Positions 36,100 through 36,406 of a stretch of 36,406 bases of DNA are shown one piece after another. The notes below the pieces were generated by a model. The model worked only from the letters and a program-made list of their open reading frames with translations, was not told the origin of the DNA and made no database searches. A program made the translations under genes and the position numbers. This stretch comes from Phoronis australis (Eukaryota; Animalia; Phoronida). Where the stretch lies: the NCBI GenBank assembly GCA_002633005.1, contig NMRA01001241.1, positions 1-36,406 of the forward strand, in the 5' to 3' direction. How positions within the stretch are numbered: position 1 is the stretch's first letter; each line of letters opens with the position of its first letter.

Positions 36100-36406
36100 G
36101 TCTGCGACAGAATATCTTAGACCGTAGAACGGAAATTGCACGATTTTCTTTTTATATTCTCCCGTAGTTTAGCATACAATCAACCATGAATAGTGAATAA
36201 TTTTCAAGCTGGAAAGTACTTTAAAACCATTAACCAACTTTGATTTCCATCAGATTATCGTGGTTAACGATCATAAATATATCTTCAACATTTCTGCAGT
36301 ATATGTTAGGCTTCTCTGAAAGACTATCAAAAACCTTTCCAGGTTACTCAGGTAAATGCCAGCAAAAGTTGATCCGATAGGTGATGACATGGATACACTT
36401 TTTGTT

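Overview
AT-rich eukaryotic genomic DNA with spliceosomal introns, microsatellites and three N gaps; the gene and repeat content suggests a marine invertebrate. Most ORF-track entries are spurious, and the real genes are spliced and on the minus strand. (1) About 34940 to 18974 holds the 3' part of a multi-exon gene with at least 8 ShK/ShKT-like Cys-rich domains and Thr/Ser-rich linkers. Its internal exons are all phase 1-1, and its 5' part lies in the gap or beyond the window. Three exon pairs build the first Cys of the second domain from a codon split across the intron (T|GT). (2) 5246 to 2669 holds the first four coding exons of a second gene, missed by the ORF track: a signal-peptide-like start and an astacin-type propeptide motif (VEYDILLTLEQY). 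No catalytic exons were recognised. Introns and intergenic DNA contain a Penelope-like RT relic, a CR1/L2-like LINE relic, a decayed THAP domain, a MITE with a 5-bp TSD, a diverged ~1 kb dispersed repeat and a 21-bp minisatellite. Two near-identical local duplications (about 1.2 kb and 2.1 kb) may be uncollapsed haplotypes. All exon models were derived by hand without expression data.
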